In this document: one piece after another, positions 42,167-55,802 of the stretch
Position numbering within the stretch: the stretch's first letter is position 1
Layout: each line of letters starts with the position of its first letter
Origin: Octopus vulgaris
Taxonomy: Eukaryota
Direction: 5' to 3'
NCBI GenBank assembly: GCA_951406725.2
Contig: OX597832.1
Span: 42,284,001 to 42,348,000, forward strand
Length of the DNA: 64,000 bases
Notes under the pieces: generated by a model
Database searches by the model: none
The model's input: the letters and a program-made list of their open reading frames with translations, nothing else
Told to the model about the DNA's origin: nothing
Made by a program: the position numbers and the translations under genes

Positions 42167-42604
42167 GCATGCAATGCAAACATACATGTGTGTATTTCTC
42201 TCTCTCACTCTCTCTAACTCACACACATTCTCTCTCTCTCTCTCTCTCTATTTATCCTGTTTTACCATGGTCCGTCTCTACGGCCTTGTCTGTACTCTGC
42301 TAGCTAATAAAATCTATGAATATATAATAAATCTTGTTGCTTCAATAAACTAATATTGTTGTTTTATTATTTTCCCCGTCATTGTTGTTCACGAGAGACT
42401 AAAGCCAGGAAACAGAAAGGAAGAGCTGCGAGTTGCGAAAGACACACAGAGAGGCTCATATGAAACGGAGAGGAAGAGGTAGACGGGGCGGGGAAGAGAA
42501 AAAAAGAAGAGGTTTTAGGTAGCAAGATAGTGTTATATTCATAAAACAAAGGGATGACATGAGGACTATATGAGGAACTGAGGAATGATATCTACACCCC
42601 CACA

Positions 42605-42690
<86 letters not shown>

Positions 42691-42798
42691 ATATATCTGT
42701 ATATATATGTATATATATATATATATGTATATATGTATATGTATATGTGTATATATATATATGTATGCATATATATATATATATACACAGACATACAT

Positions 42799-42830
<32 letters not shown>

Positions 42831-43017
42831 GCATACATACATACATATGTATATATGTGATGGCGCAATGGCCCAGGGTTTAGGGCAGAGGGCTGTATGT
42901 ATGTATGTATGTATGTATGTGTGTGTATTTATGTATGTATGCATGCACATGTATGTATGTATATATGTATATGTATACTAAGGGGAAGGGAGAAAGTGAA
43001 AGACAAAGATAGAGATG

Positions 43018-43127
<110 letters not shown>

Positions 43128-43159
43128 CTGGCTAAGGTGAGAACGAGGAAGGAATATTA

Positions 43160-43428
43160 ACTTGAGCGGAAGTGAACGTTCGTTATTCAGTGTATTTATT
43201 GGTTTAACCAACAACGAGCCAAAAACTAAGATGGCGGCAACGTGAATGCGTGGAGATAAAAAACGGCAGTGATTATGTTGAATGAAAAAGGTACAAACGG
43301 TGATACTTGAGGGGTGGTGGAACAGCAAAGGATGTCGGTAGACTTGTGCAGGGTGTAAGTATTTATAACATTTAGCAATTAATTTTGGAATAATATGGTA
43401 ACAGCCAATACATTCTGTGATCACGTAA

Positions 43429-43430
<2 letters not shown>
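43160..43430 (+). promoter_or_regulatory. Candidate promoter/first exon
   Basis: ETS CGGAAGTG (43167-43174), YY1 AAGATGGCGGC (43228-43238), GTAAGT donors at 43355 and 43425. Confidence 0.35.
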
Positions 43431-43492
<62 letters not shown>

Positions 43493-44181
43493 TTATATAT
43501 GTGTGTATATATATATATACACAAATATATATGTCTATATATGATATATGAACATATAAATATTAAATATATGTTATATTCATGAGTATGTATATATATA
43601 CATACATACATATAATACATATACATGCATATACAAGCATACAAATACACATATATATGTGTGTATATATATGTATATATATATATATAGAGAGAGAGAG
43701 AGGGGGGAGAGATATAGATAGAGAGATAGTGACAGAGAGAGAGAGAGGGGGAGGGAAGGAGGGAAAGCGATAAGGAAATTGAGTGAGAGAGAGAGAGGAA
43801 AGAGAAGGTCGGAGTTGGCCAAGACCGACTGCATGGCTGGCTGACCGTCTGTCTAAATGTTTTGCTGAATAGCAAACTTACTGGGCTGTGGTAAACGAAT
43901 GATTCTGATAAAGACTCGATTACTGCATATAACTATTGGGCTCGGCCGATATGTTTTATAACATCGGTGTTAGGCCGACCACGCATACGTTTACTAATGC
44001 TTTCATTTGGATCTTATTAATGTTCTGTAAACATAAATCTCTACCTGATTCCTCTGATGCCTGACTGTATACCTATACAGTTTTCTTTGTCTGTCTTTCT
44101 ATCCATCTATTAATCCACGGGCACATGCATACGTATATTTCATACGCACATGCATGCATACATACATATATAAATACATAG

Positions 44182-44231
<50 letters not shown>

Positions 44232-44233
<2 letters not shown>

Positions 44234-44444
44234 TTTCAAAATGTGACCTCGTGTGTACCGTTGACGATTTTTTTCCCTCTGTCTTCCCTTCTCTGGATCT
44301 TTCCTTCTCCTATGTTTCCGACGAAGAGCTCCGCTCGAAACGTTAAACCCTCCTTCTTTCCTTCTTTCCTGAGCGTCCAATAATAGTATATTTGTTCTAC
44401 GTCCTCGCGTTGTTGTGTTTTTTTTGTGCTTTCTAGTTTGGATT

Positions 44445-44447
<3 letters not shown>
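44232..44447 (+). mobile_element. E1 element in (TA)n
   Basis: Opposite orientation to the other two copies; (TA)n on both sides. Confidence 0.8.
44314..44348 (+). ncRNA. Minimal type-I hammerhead motif, U4C core variant
   Basis: GTTT-CCGACGA-A-GAGC tcc GCTC-GAAA-CG-TT-AAAC; stems I and II perfectly paired. Confidence 0.65.
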
Positions 44448-44531
<84 letters not shown>

Positions 44532-44930
44532 CAATTATGTGGATAAACAAATTAGATATTTTAAATGTGACAGTTTAGGTATGAAATACAAAATATGTAT
44601 CGATGTATCGATGCAAAACGAGAGAAAGCAAAATGTGGAGACTTTCAGGCTATGAATATTTAAGTATAAATATATGGATATTTATATTAATAGATCCAAC
44701 TTACCCAGAGCACAAACAAGAGAAAAAAATTAAAGAGGAGGAAGAAAGGTGTTATAAGTCCAACAACAGTTTCTGGGGCCTCGGAAATCCATCATAATGT
44801 TTGTAGTTGTAGGTCATTACAATATGCGGCCGTAGTGGAAGCAATCAACATTTGATAAATATCGAGCTTCCAGATAGAGAGAGAGAGAGCGATATAGATA
44901 GAGATAGAGATAGATAGAGATAGATAGATA

Positions 44931-45077
44931 AGTTTCTTTTTTGGCCACACAGGGCTGCACACAGATGGGACAAGTTTCAAGGTAGAGCTTTTCTTTTGGG
45001 GGATGAAAAAAAAAACAAAAAACAAAAAAAAAGGTGGCGTAGGTTTTCGATCAAAAGGGATCGTAAAAGGGAAAAAA
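44931..45077 (-). mobile_element. Probable LINE 3' end inserted in (GATA)n
   Basis: First ~40 bp resemble SINE-B tail 1; (GATA)n on both sides. Confidence 0.5.
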
Positions 45078-45078
45078 T

Positions 45079-45143
<65 letters not shown>

Positions 45144-45641
45144 GAGCGGGAGAGAAAGAGAGGGCACTTAGTCTTGGGGCGACCTTATGAGAATATGATT
45201 CACTGAAGGAGTTTAATACATTCGAAACACGTGAGTTACTTTTTGCAGTTGGCTTTAAAGACCAGATTTTTTTCCCATACCGAATTTTCTGTTTTTGCAA
45301 AAATTTCGATTAATTTTATTTTATGATTCGTGCGAAATTTGACTGGCGACTGTTGGTGCTGCTACCTACAGGTGCTTTTTGTTATAATTATCTTCCTTGA
45401 TTTTGAAACAATTTTTTTTATTTCTTGCAAGATTTTAAACATCTTTAAAGAGAACTTTCTCTACTCCTTATAGAGATAATCTCAGCTCATCGGAGTTTTA
45501 CAATTCACGATGTATTAACATTAACATGCATGAAATGCCAGAGGAATTGTACAGAAGACATTGAGGCAGAGTGGGGTGTGGGGCGTGCGTTTGGCATTGG
45601 AACAGGAAAGAAAGCACTCGTTGACGCCTCAGTGACCTTAC

Positions 45642-45718
45642 CAATTACAGTCTGAAGATGCTTCACACGTGTACTTGGCCTCGATTCGAAACCCAACACT
45701 GACGTTGTATCGGTGTAT
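45642..45718 (-). other. Candidate exon, 77 nt
   Basis: Long pyrimidine tract then TTAG| acceptor, TTG|GTAAGG donor; two frames open. Confidence 0.4.
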
Positions 45719-45942
45719 CTAATTTTGAAACGTAAAGAAGGTAAACAGGAAAAAAAAATCGATAAACTATTTTCAATGCGAACACAATACAACGAACCGT
45801 ATCAGTTTTCTTGTGAGATTTCGTTTGCGAGTGGAGGAGGGCGGAGGGGCGGAGGGGCGGGGGGCGTGTGTGTCTGCGCTTTTTTTGAAAAAAAAAAAGA
45901 TAATATATAGAAATATAGACATAGAGTCATTCAAATACAAAA

Positions 45943-45984
<42 letters not shown>

Positions 45985-46219
45985 CACACCACACACACAC
46001 AACACACACACACACACACACACAGATATACCAGTATGTGTACATGTGTGTGTGTGTGTGTATTTCTATTTTGTAAACATACATACACATGGATATATGT
46101 GTGTATATTTATATGTGCGCGTGTGTGTTGGTTGTGTATGTGCGTGTGCACGTATGTATGTACGTGTATGTGTGATGTTTGGTTGGGATTGGAAGCATTA
46201 GGTGTGTTACTGATTTGAT

Positions 46220-46326
<107 letters not shown>

Positions 46327-46416
46327 GTATATAAATATATAATATATAAATATATATGTATATGAATATATAATATATAAATATATATATATGTATGTTA
46401 ATATATGTATGTATGT

Positions 46417-46472
<56 letters not shown>

Positions 46473-46823
46473 GTATTCTCGCTAATTATGTAAGGTGTTT
46501 CGAATTCTATATATGTACGTATGTATGTACCTATGTGTGTGTGTTTATGTATGTATGATTGTATGTATGTATGTATGTATGTATGTATGTATGTATATAA
46601 ATATATATATATATGTATGTATGTATGTATGCATATGTGCTTTTAAGTATAAAGTAATGTTTGGTATATGTATGTTTCGACGTTCTGAGAAAACATACAT
46701 CAAAGTGAAAGAAAGAGTGGAGGACGAAAACAATCTGATAAGGAGGACTGCAGAACAGAGAATAAAAGAGAAGTAAAGAGAATTAGTAAAAAAAAAGGTA
46801 GATAGAGAAAGAGAAGAAAGAAA

Positions 46824-46905
<82 letters not shown>

Positions 46906-46910
46906 GTGTG

Positions 46911-46951
<41 letters not shown>

Positions 46952-47212
46952 GGTGAGACAAGAGTGACTGTGCAAAAAGTGGAGAAGAAGGAGTGATGAA
47001 GAAATAGAAATGTTGAAACTAGTATCGCTAAGGAAAAGTCTAATGAGAGAAGGTATGGAGGGGAGAGAGCGAGTGAACGTGATAGAAAGAAACACACACC
47101 ACACACACACACATATACCAGTGTGTGTACAGGTGTGTGTGTGTGTATTTCTATTTTGTAGAGAATCCACTATGTTTACCAGAGATACTTCTGGCCTTAA
47201 CATTGTTTGTGT

Positions 47213-47525
47213 CAGTGGTTCCCAAAGTGGATGGTGTACTAACCACTTGGAGGCGGTAGAAAGATCCTGGGGGGCGTTGAAGAAAAGTGGGGCAATAATG
47301 GGGTGACCAAAATGGAGCGAATGATATAAAAAGGATGGGTTAATTAGGTTAAGTTTTATTCGAGAAGTACAGTTGTTTTGAATTTGCCGTAAAAAATGGT
47401 CTATGTCTTTTGGGGGTGGGTGGGTGATTGGGTGTGATTGGGTGGTGGTGACTGGGGGAGTGAGTGATAGGAATGTAACCCAAGTGCCAAGGGGGCGGCA
47501 GCTTGAAATAGTTTGGGAACCACTG
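47213..47525. mobile_element. hAT (Charlie-like) MITE, older
   Basis: Perfect 14-bp TIR CAGTGGTTCCCAAA/TTTGGGAACCACTG; TSD decayed. Confidence 0.8.
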
Positions 47526-47532
47526 ATTTATA

Positions 47533-47770
47533 CCTATTTCTTTACTACCCACAAGGGGCTAAACACAGAGGGGACAAACAAGGACAGACAAACGGATTAA
47601 GTCGATTACATCGACCCCAGTGCGTAACTGGTACCTATTTAATCGACCCCGAAAAGATGAAAGGCAAAATCGACCTCCGCAGAATTTGAACTCAGATCAT
47701 AAAGAGTCGGGATAAATATTGCAAGGGCATTTTGCCCGACTCTCTAACGATCCTGCTAATCTACCGACTT
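47533..47770 (-). mobile_element. SINE-B
   Basis: Tail 1 plus core. Confidence 0.85.
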
Positions 47771-48287
47771 AATAATGTAGTCTTGTATATCGTTAAAAAG
47801 ATCAGTGTTGACTTGGCGCTAAACAACAGCAGCAGCAGCAACAATATCAACAAGGACAACAATTGCAACAACAAGCCCTCACCGTAAACTAACGAAGTGT
47901 GTGTGGGCGATTTTTATCGTCACAACCTTCCAGAAATAGCAGCCAGATATTTTTTCTTTCTTTTATATTTTGCTTCAAATCATACTCTATAATTAAAAAA
48001 CCCAAGAACATTTTGGTTAATCTTCTCGGACCTAAGTCACTCCTCCGGGAAATAGAGAAAAGTTTTTTCTTCGGCTTTTGTTCATGAAAACATGGACAAA
48101 GAAGGAAGAGGAAAAAATCTCATGTCACTTATTAAAGAAGGGCTTTGTCCGGATCGTAGGGAACCCATTTCCAGAACAACAATAGGAAGAACAAAAACAA
48201 AAAAAAATGAAGAATAAATGTTCATGATGATGATGATGATGATGGTGGTGTTGGCGTTGACGGTGTTGGTGTTGGTGCTGGTGGTGC

Positions 48288-48460
48288 TAGTAAAGAAATA
48301 GGTATTTTGTCTGCCGCTACGTTCTGAGTTCAAATTCCGCCCGAGGTCGACTTTGCCTTTCATCCTTTCGGGGATCGTTAAATAAGTACCAGTTACGCAC
48401 TGGGGTCGATGTAATCGACTTAATCCCCTTATCTGTCTTTGTTTGTCTCCTGTATGATTA
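48288..48460 (+). mobile_element. SINE-B beginning at a dimer junction
   Basis: agtaaagaaataggtattttgtctgccg. Confidence 0.85.
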
Positions 48461-48917
48461 GCTCCTTTTGGGCAAAACAGAAAAAAACCCATCAAGAACA
48501 ACAACAGCAGAAACAAAATGACAACAACAACAATAACAACCATAGCCAATGGTTTCAAAAACTTGGTTCAAGCAACAAACAATTATCTCTAAAATCACCA
48601 ACACACACACGCACACACACGCATGCACGCACATACACATACACACACACATGCACGCACATACACATACACATACACACACACGGATACACATACTCAC
48701 ACGCGTACATGTGCGCCCCCCCACACACACACATACACACACAGAGGAATAACATGGGGGGTAATGTAACTTGGTAAGTTCCACTAAAGAACGTGATTGC
48801 CATGGTTGGAATGCCTCCGGTTACAGTTCTCACTTAATCAGTGCAGACTTGGAACTTAAACATCATCCTCTCTCCTTCTCCTCTTCTTCCTCCTCCCCCT
48901 TCCCCTCCCCTCCTTCT

Positions 48918-48973
<56 letters not shown>

Positions 48974-49488
48974 ACAACAACAACAACAGCAGCAGCATCA
49001 TATTGCCTTCCCGCTTTTCTGTCTTTCGCTCTTCATCCTGAACACTCTCACACCGCCACACCATTATCTCTTTCTTTCTACGTTTCTTTCTTTCTTTCCC
49101 CCTCTCTGTCTATCTTTCTCGCACTCATTCACGCACCCTCTCCCTCTTAGTCCTTCTCTTGCTCTCTTTGTCTCTCTCCCTCTCGTTCCCTCGCTCTGTT
49201 TACACCAGTTTTCCGCTGACTTCCCGTATTTCTGTCTAGCCAGGAATTAGACTAGAAATGTCAGCCATGTCAGTTTGAACTTCCTTCACACTAACTTACC
49301 TTTCCTTTCTTCCTTCCTTCACACTTACATGCCTTGCTTTCATTATTTCCTACCTTCCTTCCTTTCTTCTTTCCAGAGATAGAGAGAAATAGAGAGAGGG
49401 GAGAAGGGGAGAGAAGGAAGATAAGCAAGATATAGTAATGCTGTTGTTCTTTAGCCCAAGGCTTAATGTGGATTTAAGAATATCTTTT

Positions 49489-49880
49489 AGTGGCTGTGTG
49501 GTAAGTAGCTTGCTTACCAACCTCATGGTTCCGGGTTCAGTCCCATTGCGTGGCATCTTGGGCAAGTGTCTTCTACTATAGCCCCGGGCCGACCAATGCC
49601 TTGCGAGTGGATTTGGTAAACGGAAACTGAAAGAAGCCCGTCGTATATATGTATATGTGTATATGTATATGTGTGTTTGTGTGTCTGTGTTTGTTCCCCT
49701 AGCATTGCTTGACAACCGATGCTGGTGTCTTTATGTCTCTGTTGCATAGCGGTTCGGCAAAAGAGACCGATAGAATAAGTACTGGGCTTACAAAGAATAA
49801 GTCCCGGGGTCGATTTGCTCGACTAAAGGCGGTGCTCCAGCATGGCCGCAGTCAAATGACTGAAACAAGTAAGAGAGTAA
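49489..49880 (+). mobile_element. SINE-A near full length
   Basis: Colinear with consensus. Confidence 0.93.
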
Positions 49881-51075
49881 ATACGAATATAAACAAATTA
49901 CAGAAGACTCCCATTAAATGGAATAAAAACGATCGAAACCAACACGTTTGTTCACTCATAAAACCATTACATGTAAACCGCAAGTTAATTGGTTAAAATA
50001 AAGGTGGGATCTATGCCAGTAATATCGGTGCACCCGGCAAACTGTGATGTTTAAGTGGCATGCGGATTGGTCAAAACGGTATTTCAAAAATTCAGCTTGT
50101 TGAAGCCTTCCAAGAGGTATAAAGAGGAAGACGTCAGTCATTTTACTACAGAGCTCAATTCTCAGTTAAATACATTTTGAAATCTGATGATTACTACAAA
50201 CGTATGAAAATGCTAATTGAACTTTATGAGCATTACAAAATATTTTTTTAATGTTTAACACACTTCAACACTGTAAAAAAATCTTTTTGTTAAATGCCAT
50301 AATAAAAAATGTAAAAACCAGACCATGTTTTAACTTTATTCAGCTGATATATATGTATACATATACAGTCATACTTCGGCTTAAGTCGTTTCAATTTAAT
50401 TCGTTCTCGATTATACGTCGGTTTCCAAAAATATCATATGGAAAAATAAAAATCAAGTTAAGTCATTTTACTTGAGTTTACGTCTGTCCGCCATAAATAC
50501 TGGCATCATAAAATCATTAGAAAACTGTTAAAAGCACATAAAATCGTTTTATTGTACCATAAAAAAGAATAAAAACATATAAAATCATTGAAATATGTAC
50601 AGTAAATGTTAAGATACACACCATAAAGTAGTGTAGATTAGTGAACGAAATCATGAAATCAGTTGTGTTGTCTTATTTATGTACGTAATGGTAAATTCAC
50701 AATAATATAATTTTCTTTTACTATTGCAAAATAATAATAATTACTGAATTTCTTTTTGAAGCTTAAAAAAGGCTTTTATTTTACCATGTCTTATTGCAAA
50801 CCGCACTCATAAATAAAGCGTCCTCGATGTACGGTAAACACCGTCCAAATTGTATTCGTAAATTTAGATTTTTTTTTACTGTACTGTATTAAAAAACAAA
50901 TATTATTTGTTTGTAAACTTAAAGCAGGTTTTTATTAACCAAGTATTATTGAAAATGCATTCATAAATAAAGTACAAAACTGGGAATGGTTATTATCGGT
51001 TTAACCCAGAGACAAGTAAATTCGACTTAATTCGTGTCTCCTAGAACCAATTAACGAAGCATGCCTGTATGTATG

Positions 51076-51400
<325 letters not shown>

Positions 51401-51507
51401 CTTTTTACATACATTCAACTATTTTTAAAGGCAAGGATAAATACATGCAATACAATAAAGAAAAATTAATGTAAAATAAGCAGATTGTATCTATAGAGTT
51501 TCTAATA

Positions 51508-52415
51508 TTAATTGTTTTCACAAAACTGCGAAAATTAGCATTTTAGCCTGTGGTTGCATCTAATAACTCTTTCAGAGTGTCTATTCACAAGTTCATTAGT
51601 GCACATTAAAATGCATAGTACCGCCTCAGAATAGAGATTGCAAGATCTCGAAAATATATTGTACCGATATGCACTTTCTTTTTTATTATTGTACATGTGA
51701 TGGTGTATTGCACTTTCCCTTCGAGCTTTCAGATCAGGTCAGCGTGTGACGTGCAGTGTCTCTTCTTAATGTTCTTAAACCATGCAATGTGGTTCGAATA
51801 TCGGTGTTTGAAGCAATCGGCAACCGCACAAATATATACAAATGCATCTGCTCGCGTTCTAACTGTAAATCTGTACATCACATTCTGAAGAAGGCATTAA
51901 TTTCCCAGGGGAAATACGTTCCTGTCGTTACAATTACAGTTCCTTTCCACATCATTTTCTATACAGTGTCAGCCTATACGTTTTCTATTTCTCATTTTTC
52001 CTTTATTGTTTCAGTAGTTACTATTATTACTGCTTATGTACCCTTCATTGCTACCCTTGTTGCTGTTTCTAGTACTAATATTATTGAGATTCCCAGTGTT
52101 CCCAATATTACTCATATTTCTGCTATCATCCATATTATTACTTTTATCAGAACTATTTGGACGGGCTTCCTTACTTTCTTCTTTACTATTGCAATCCTTA
52201 TTTGAAGGCTCATTTCTACTTTTACCTCCACTAATGGTGTTAGCGATCCCTTGGTTTAGCTTCTTATTATTGAGTTTATGAATGTGGTATTCTAAGTTAT
52301 TAGATGTTGCGTTCGTTAATTTTCAGCGTATATCTATTAAAGATATTCTGGTACTTTTTAGGTTTAGAAAAATACTTAACCAATGTATGTGCCATTTTGT
52401 ATGTAGTGATAGGCT
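51508..52415 (-). pseudogene. Decayed Neptune-type Penelope-like element: RT thumb, N/S-rich linker, Cys motif, GIY-YIG endonuclease
   Basis: LVKYFSKPKKYQNIFNRYTLKI...HIHKLNNKKL...NCNCNDRNVFPLGN*CLLQNVMYRFTV..FVYICAVADCFKHRYSNH..F...RSCNLYSE...LVNRHSERVIRCNH; stops and frameshifts. Confidence 0.85.
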
Positions 52416-52426
52416 GCTCACATCTG

Positions 52427-52514
52427 TTGACCCGAGGCTATAGTAGAAGACCTTGGGAAAATGTCTTCCACTATGTGAGTGGATTTGGTAGACGGAAACT
52501 GAAAGAAGGCCGTC

Positions 52515-52558
<44 letters not shown>

Positions 52559-52770
52559 ATATGTGTCTTTGGATCTGTGTTTGTCCCCCACGACCGCTGG
52601 ACAACCGGTGTTGGTTTGCTTACTTAGCGGTTCGATAAAAGACCGATAGAATAAGTGTCAGGCTTAAAATAAAAATTACTGGGGTCGATTCGTTCGGCTG
52701 AATATCCGTCAAGGCGGTGCCCCACCATGGCCGCAATCTAATGGCTAAAACAAAATAAATGATGAAAATT
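52427..52770 (+). mobile_element. Rearranged SINE-A (short inverted piece then + body)
   Basis: cccgaggctatagtagaagac followed by cttgggaaaatgtcttccactat. Confidence 0.8.
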
Positions 52771-52812
52771 ATATATATATATATATATGTATGTATATAT
52801 ATGTATATCAAA

Positions 52813-52892
<80 letters not shown>

Positions 52893-53029
52893 GATTTAAA
52901 ATCTATAAATATATTCTGTAGTACGGTATCATTCAGATATTTATGTTCACGTACAAGCGCACTCGTAACCAATCCAGGCAGTATCTGGTGTTTGATAATT
53001 TCAAATGCCACTATGTCACGGGCATTTGG

Positions 53030-53106
<77 letters not shown>

Positions 53107-53154
53107 TATTGTAGAAAACAGGTGAAATAAATTGGTGCAAAATATATTGCATGA

Positions 53155-53203
<49 letters not shown>

Positions 53204-53355
53204 GCACGCGCACACAAATGCACATATATACTTGGCTACATGCATGTTTGAATATATGCATGTGAGCGTGAACACTGTGTGGATTGCGTGAGCGAGTGTA
53301 TGTGTATATATTTATACACGATATTTATAAGTGCAAACATGCATATGTATATGTA

Positions 53356-53399
<44 letters not shown>

Positions 53400-53648
53400 A
53401 ATATACATATTGACAATTTGTCTATTTTCGGCATATTTGGCATTATAATTTTTTTCTTTTGCCCTTATTTTATAAGTTATTTATAAATTTAACCTTTAAA
53501 GGTATTTTTTAATAAATATGCTGGCCGTTTATAAAATTTTTTTCGAAAAAGTTCATCCTATATTCCTATATTATATATATATATAGATATGTTTATATTT
53601 ATATGCATATATATATACATATATGAATATATACACATATGTATGCAT

Positions 53649-53696
<48 letters not shown>

Positions 53697-53937
53697 CACA
53701 CATATATACATGCATATACACATATACATACATATGCACACATACATACATATATGCATATATATATATGTGTGTATACATATATATATATATATGCATA
53801 TATGTATATATATATATATATATATATACATGTGTATATATATATGTATATATATTTATATATATTAATTTGTACATATATATAATATATGGAAATACAT
53901 ACATACATACATATATATATATATATACATAAATATG

Positions 53938-53969
<32 letters not shown>

Positions 53970-54727
53970 CACATACACACACGTTGTCACACACACACAC
54001 ATGCATATCAGGTTTTTCTTCATTTGCCACATCCCCCATTAACTGTACTTAGGGTAATACGATGGTTACATGTGTAGCTAGAATCTTAGGTAATCTTTCT
54101 AATTTCGTTTTAAGTCCCGTAATATTATATCTTACGAACGCTGCCATGCTAAACATGATGACTTTATGAGCATCCGCTCCGATGTTTCAACTCTTACCAT
54201 ATAAATATATATAATTTCTTACATTCTATGTATATTTATCAAATGCTTCCTTTAAAGAAAACACGCATACACATGCACTCATAATACGTACCACACACGC
54301 ACACATATACACACACATACACACTTTTATACACACACACACATGCACACGCTTATATAGATATATATATATATATTTGCATATACATATATATATTTAT
54401 AGGTAAATAGATATTACTTATATGTACACACGTGTGTGTGTGTGTGTGTATCTCCTCCTGCTCGACTTTCTTGTCGCTGACACGTGATTCGAGGGAAGCC
54501 ATCTTTCCGACTACTATCTTCACAAAGACCAGTACAGCTTATCCTGTCTCTTCATAAGCTCGTCTCCTTGAGCGTTCAGAATAATTTTTTCATTGTCTTG
54601 GCTTAACAACCCTCATCGTTTGTTTTTATTGTTTTGTTCTCATTGTTCTGTCTTTTACTGTTTTTACAAGGCTTTGGTTGGCCCGAGGCTATAGTAGAAG
54701 ATACTTGCCCCAAGGTGCCACGCATGA

Positions 54728-54948
54728 GAATAAGTCTTCGGTAGGTCTGGCTGTAAGCCACACGGGTGATCACTGAGGAGGGTGGGAGAGCCAAGATGAT
54801 GAAAGAGGCTGTTCTTGACATCTGTTTATATCGCCATTGAAATGTTGGATGCTGAGTGTCTAGGTGACAGGATCTCACAGGTTGGCCTTCAAATAGATGG
54901 GGCACACTCTGGTATATTTCCAAACATTGGGACAGATTATTATTGGGC
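54728..54948 (-). pseudogene. Decayed CR1/L2-type RT fragment
   Basis: CPNVWKYTRVCPIYLK...DP and LLSDHPCGLQP resemble P..WK.A.V.PI.K..DP.NYRP and LLS..QYGFR. Confidence 0.55.
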
Positions 54949-55060
54949 AGTGAGAGAAAGGGGATAGAGGGAGAGAAGAAGAAAGATGGGGGAGTTTATT
55001 AAGTGTTGGGTAAGGATAGAAGAACACACTGAAAGGCATCTTTTGATGGTAACGGAAATG

Positions 55061-55368
55061 TGGAGACACATGGCCTAGTGGTTAGAGCAGCGGACTCGCG
55101 GTCGAGGGATCGCGGGTTCGAATCTCAGACTGGGCGATGTGTGTGTGTTTAAGAGCGAAACACCTAAGCTCCACGCGGCTCTGGCAGCTGCTAATGGCGA
55201 ACTTCTGCTGACTCTTTCGCCACAACTTTTCTCTCACTCTTTCCTCCTGCATCTTGCAGCTCACCTGCGACGGACTGGCGTCCCATCCAGGTGGGGAACC
55301 TCTACGTCAAGGAAACCGAAAAACCGGCCCCTGTGAGCCAGGCATGGCTTGAGAAGGAACAAACAACA
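55061..55368 (+). mobile_element. SINE-D full length, tRNA-Arg(TCG)-like head
   Basis: A box TGGCCTAGTGG, B box GGTTCGAATC, (caa) tail, 15-bp TSD atggtaacRgaaatg (55046-55060, 55369-55383). Confidence 0.92.
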
Positions 55369-55682
55369 ATGGTAACAGAAATGCGCCATTGCGTATCTGT
55401 TGCGTCGTTGAGTTGGGAAAAATGCGATTTTTTAGCACGTGGCAACAGTGTGCACGTGGTGGCAATGAGACCGAGAAGGGTGTTGCGGGTAAGGCGAATA
55501 TAAGGGAAGTTTATCGAAAGCGTGAAGTGTAGAAATTGGAGGCAAAACGAGTAGCTTTTTCAGCGAATGTTGCAAATAGTCAAATTGATTGAATACACAC
55601 GCACACCCAAAACACACACACGCACACACACACACTCACACGCACACACACTCATACACATACACACTCATACACACACACT

Positions 55683-55747
<65 letters not shown>

Positions 55748-55753
55748 TTTCTT

Positions 55754-55802
<49 letters not shown>

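Noticed and set aside
45647-45701. CTGAAGA...CGAAAC hammerhead with cagt/actg stem
   Set aside because: No stem II pairing and no UH cleavage site
50364-50888. Tigger/pogo-like MITE (TA-CAGT...ACTG-TA)
   Set aside because: Ends match for only ~6 bp; TIR not demonstrable
55061-55135. tRNA-Arg gene (also tRNA-like heads at 22472 and 30700-30770)
   Set aside because: No acceptor stem; continues into a SINE body with tail and TSD
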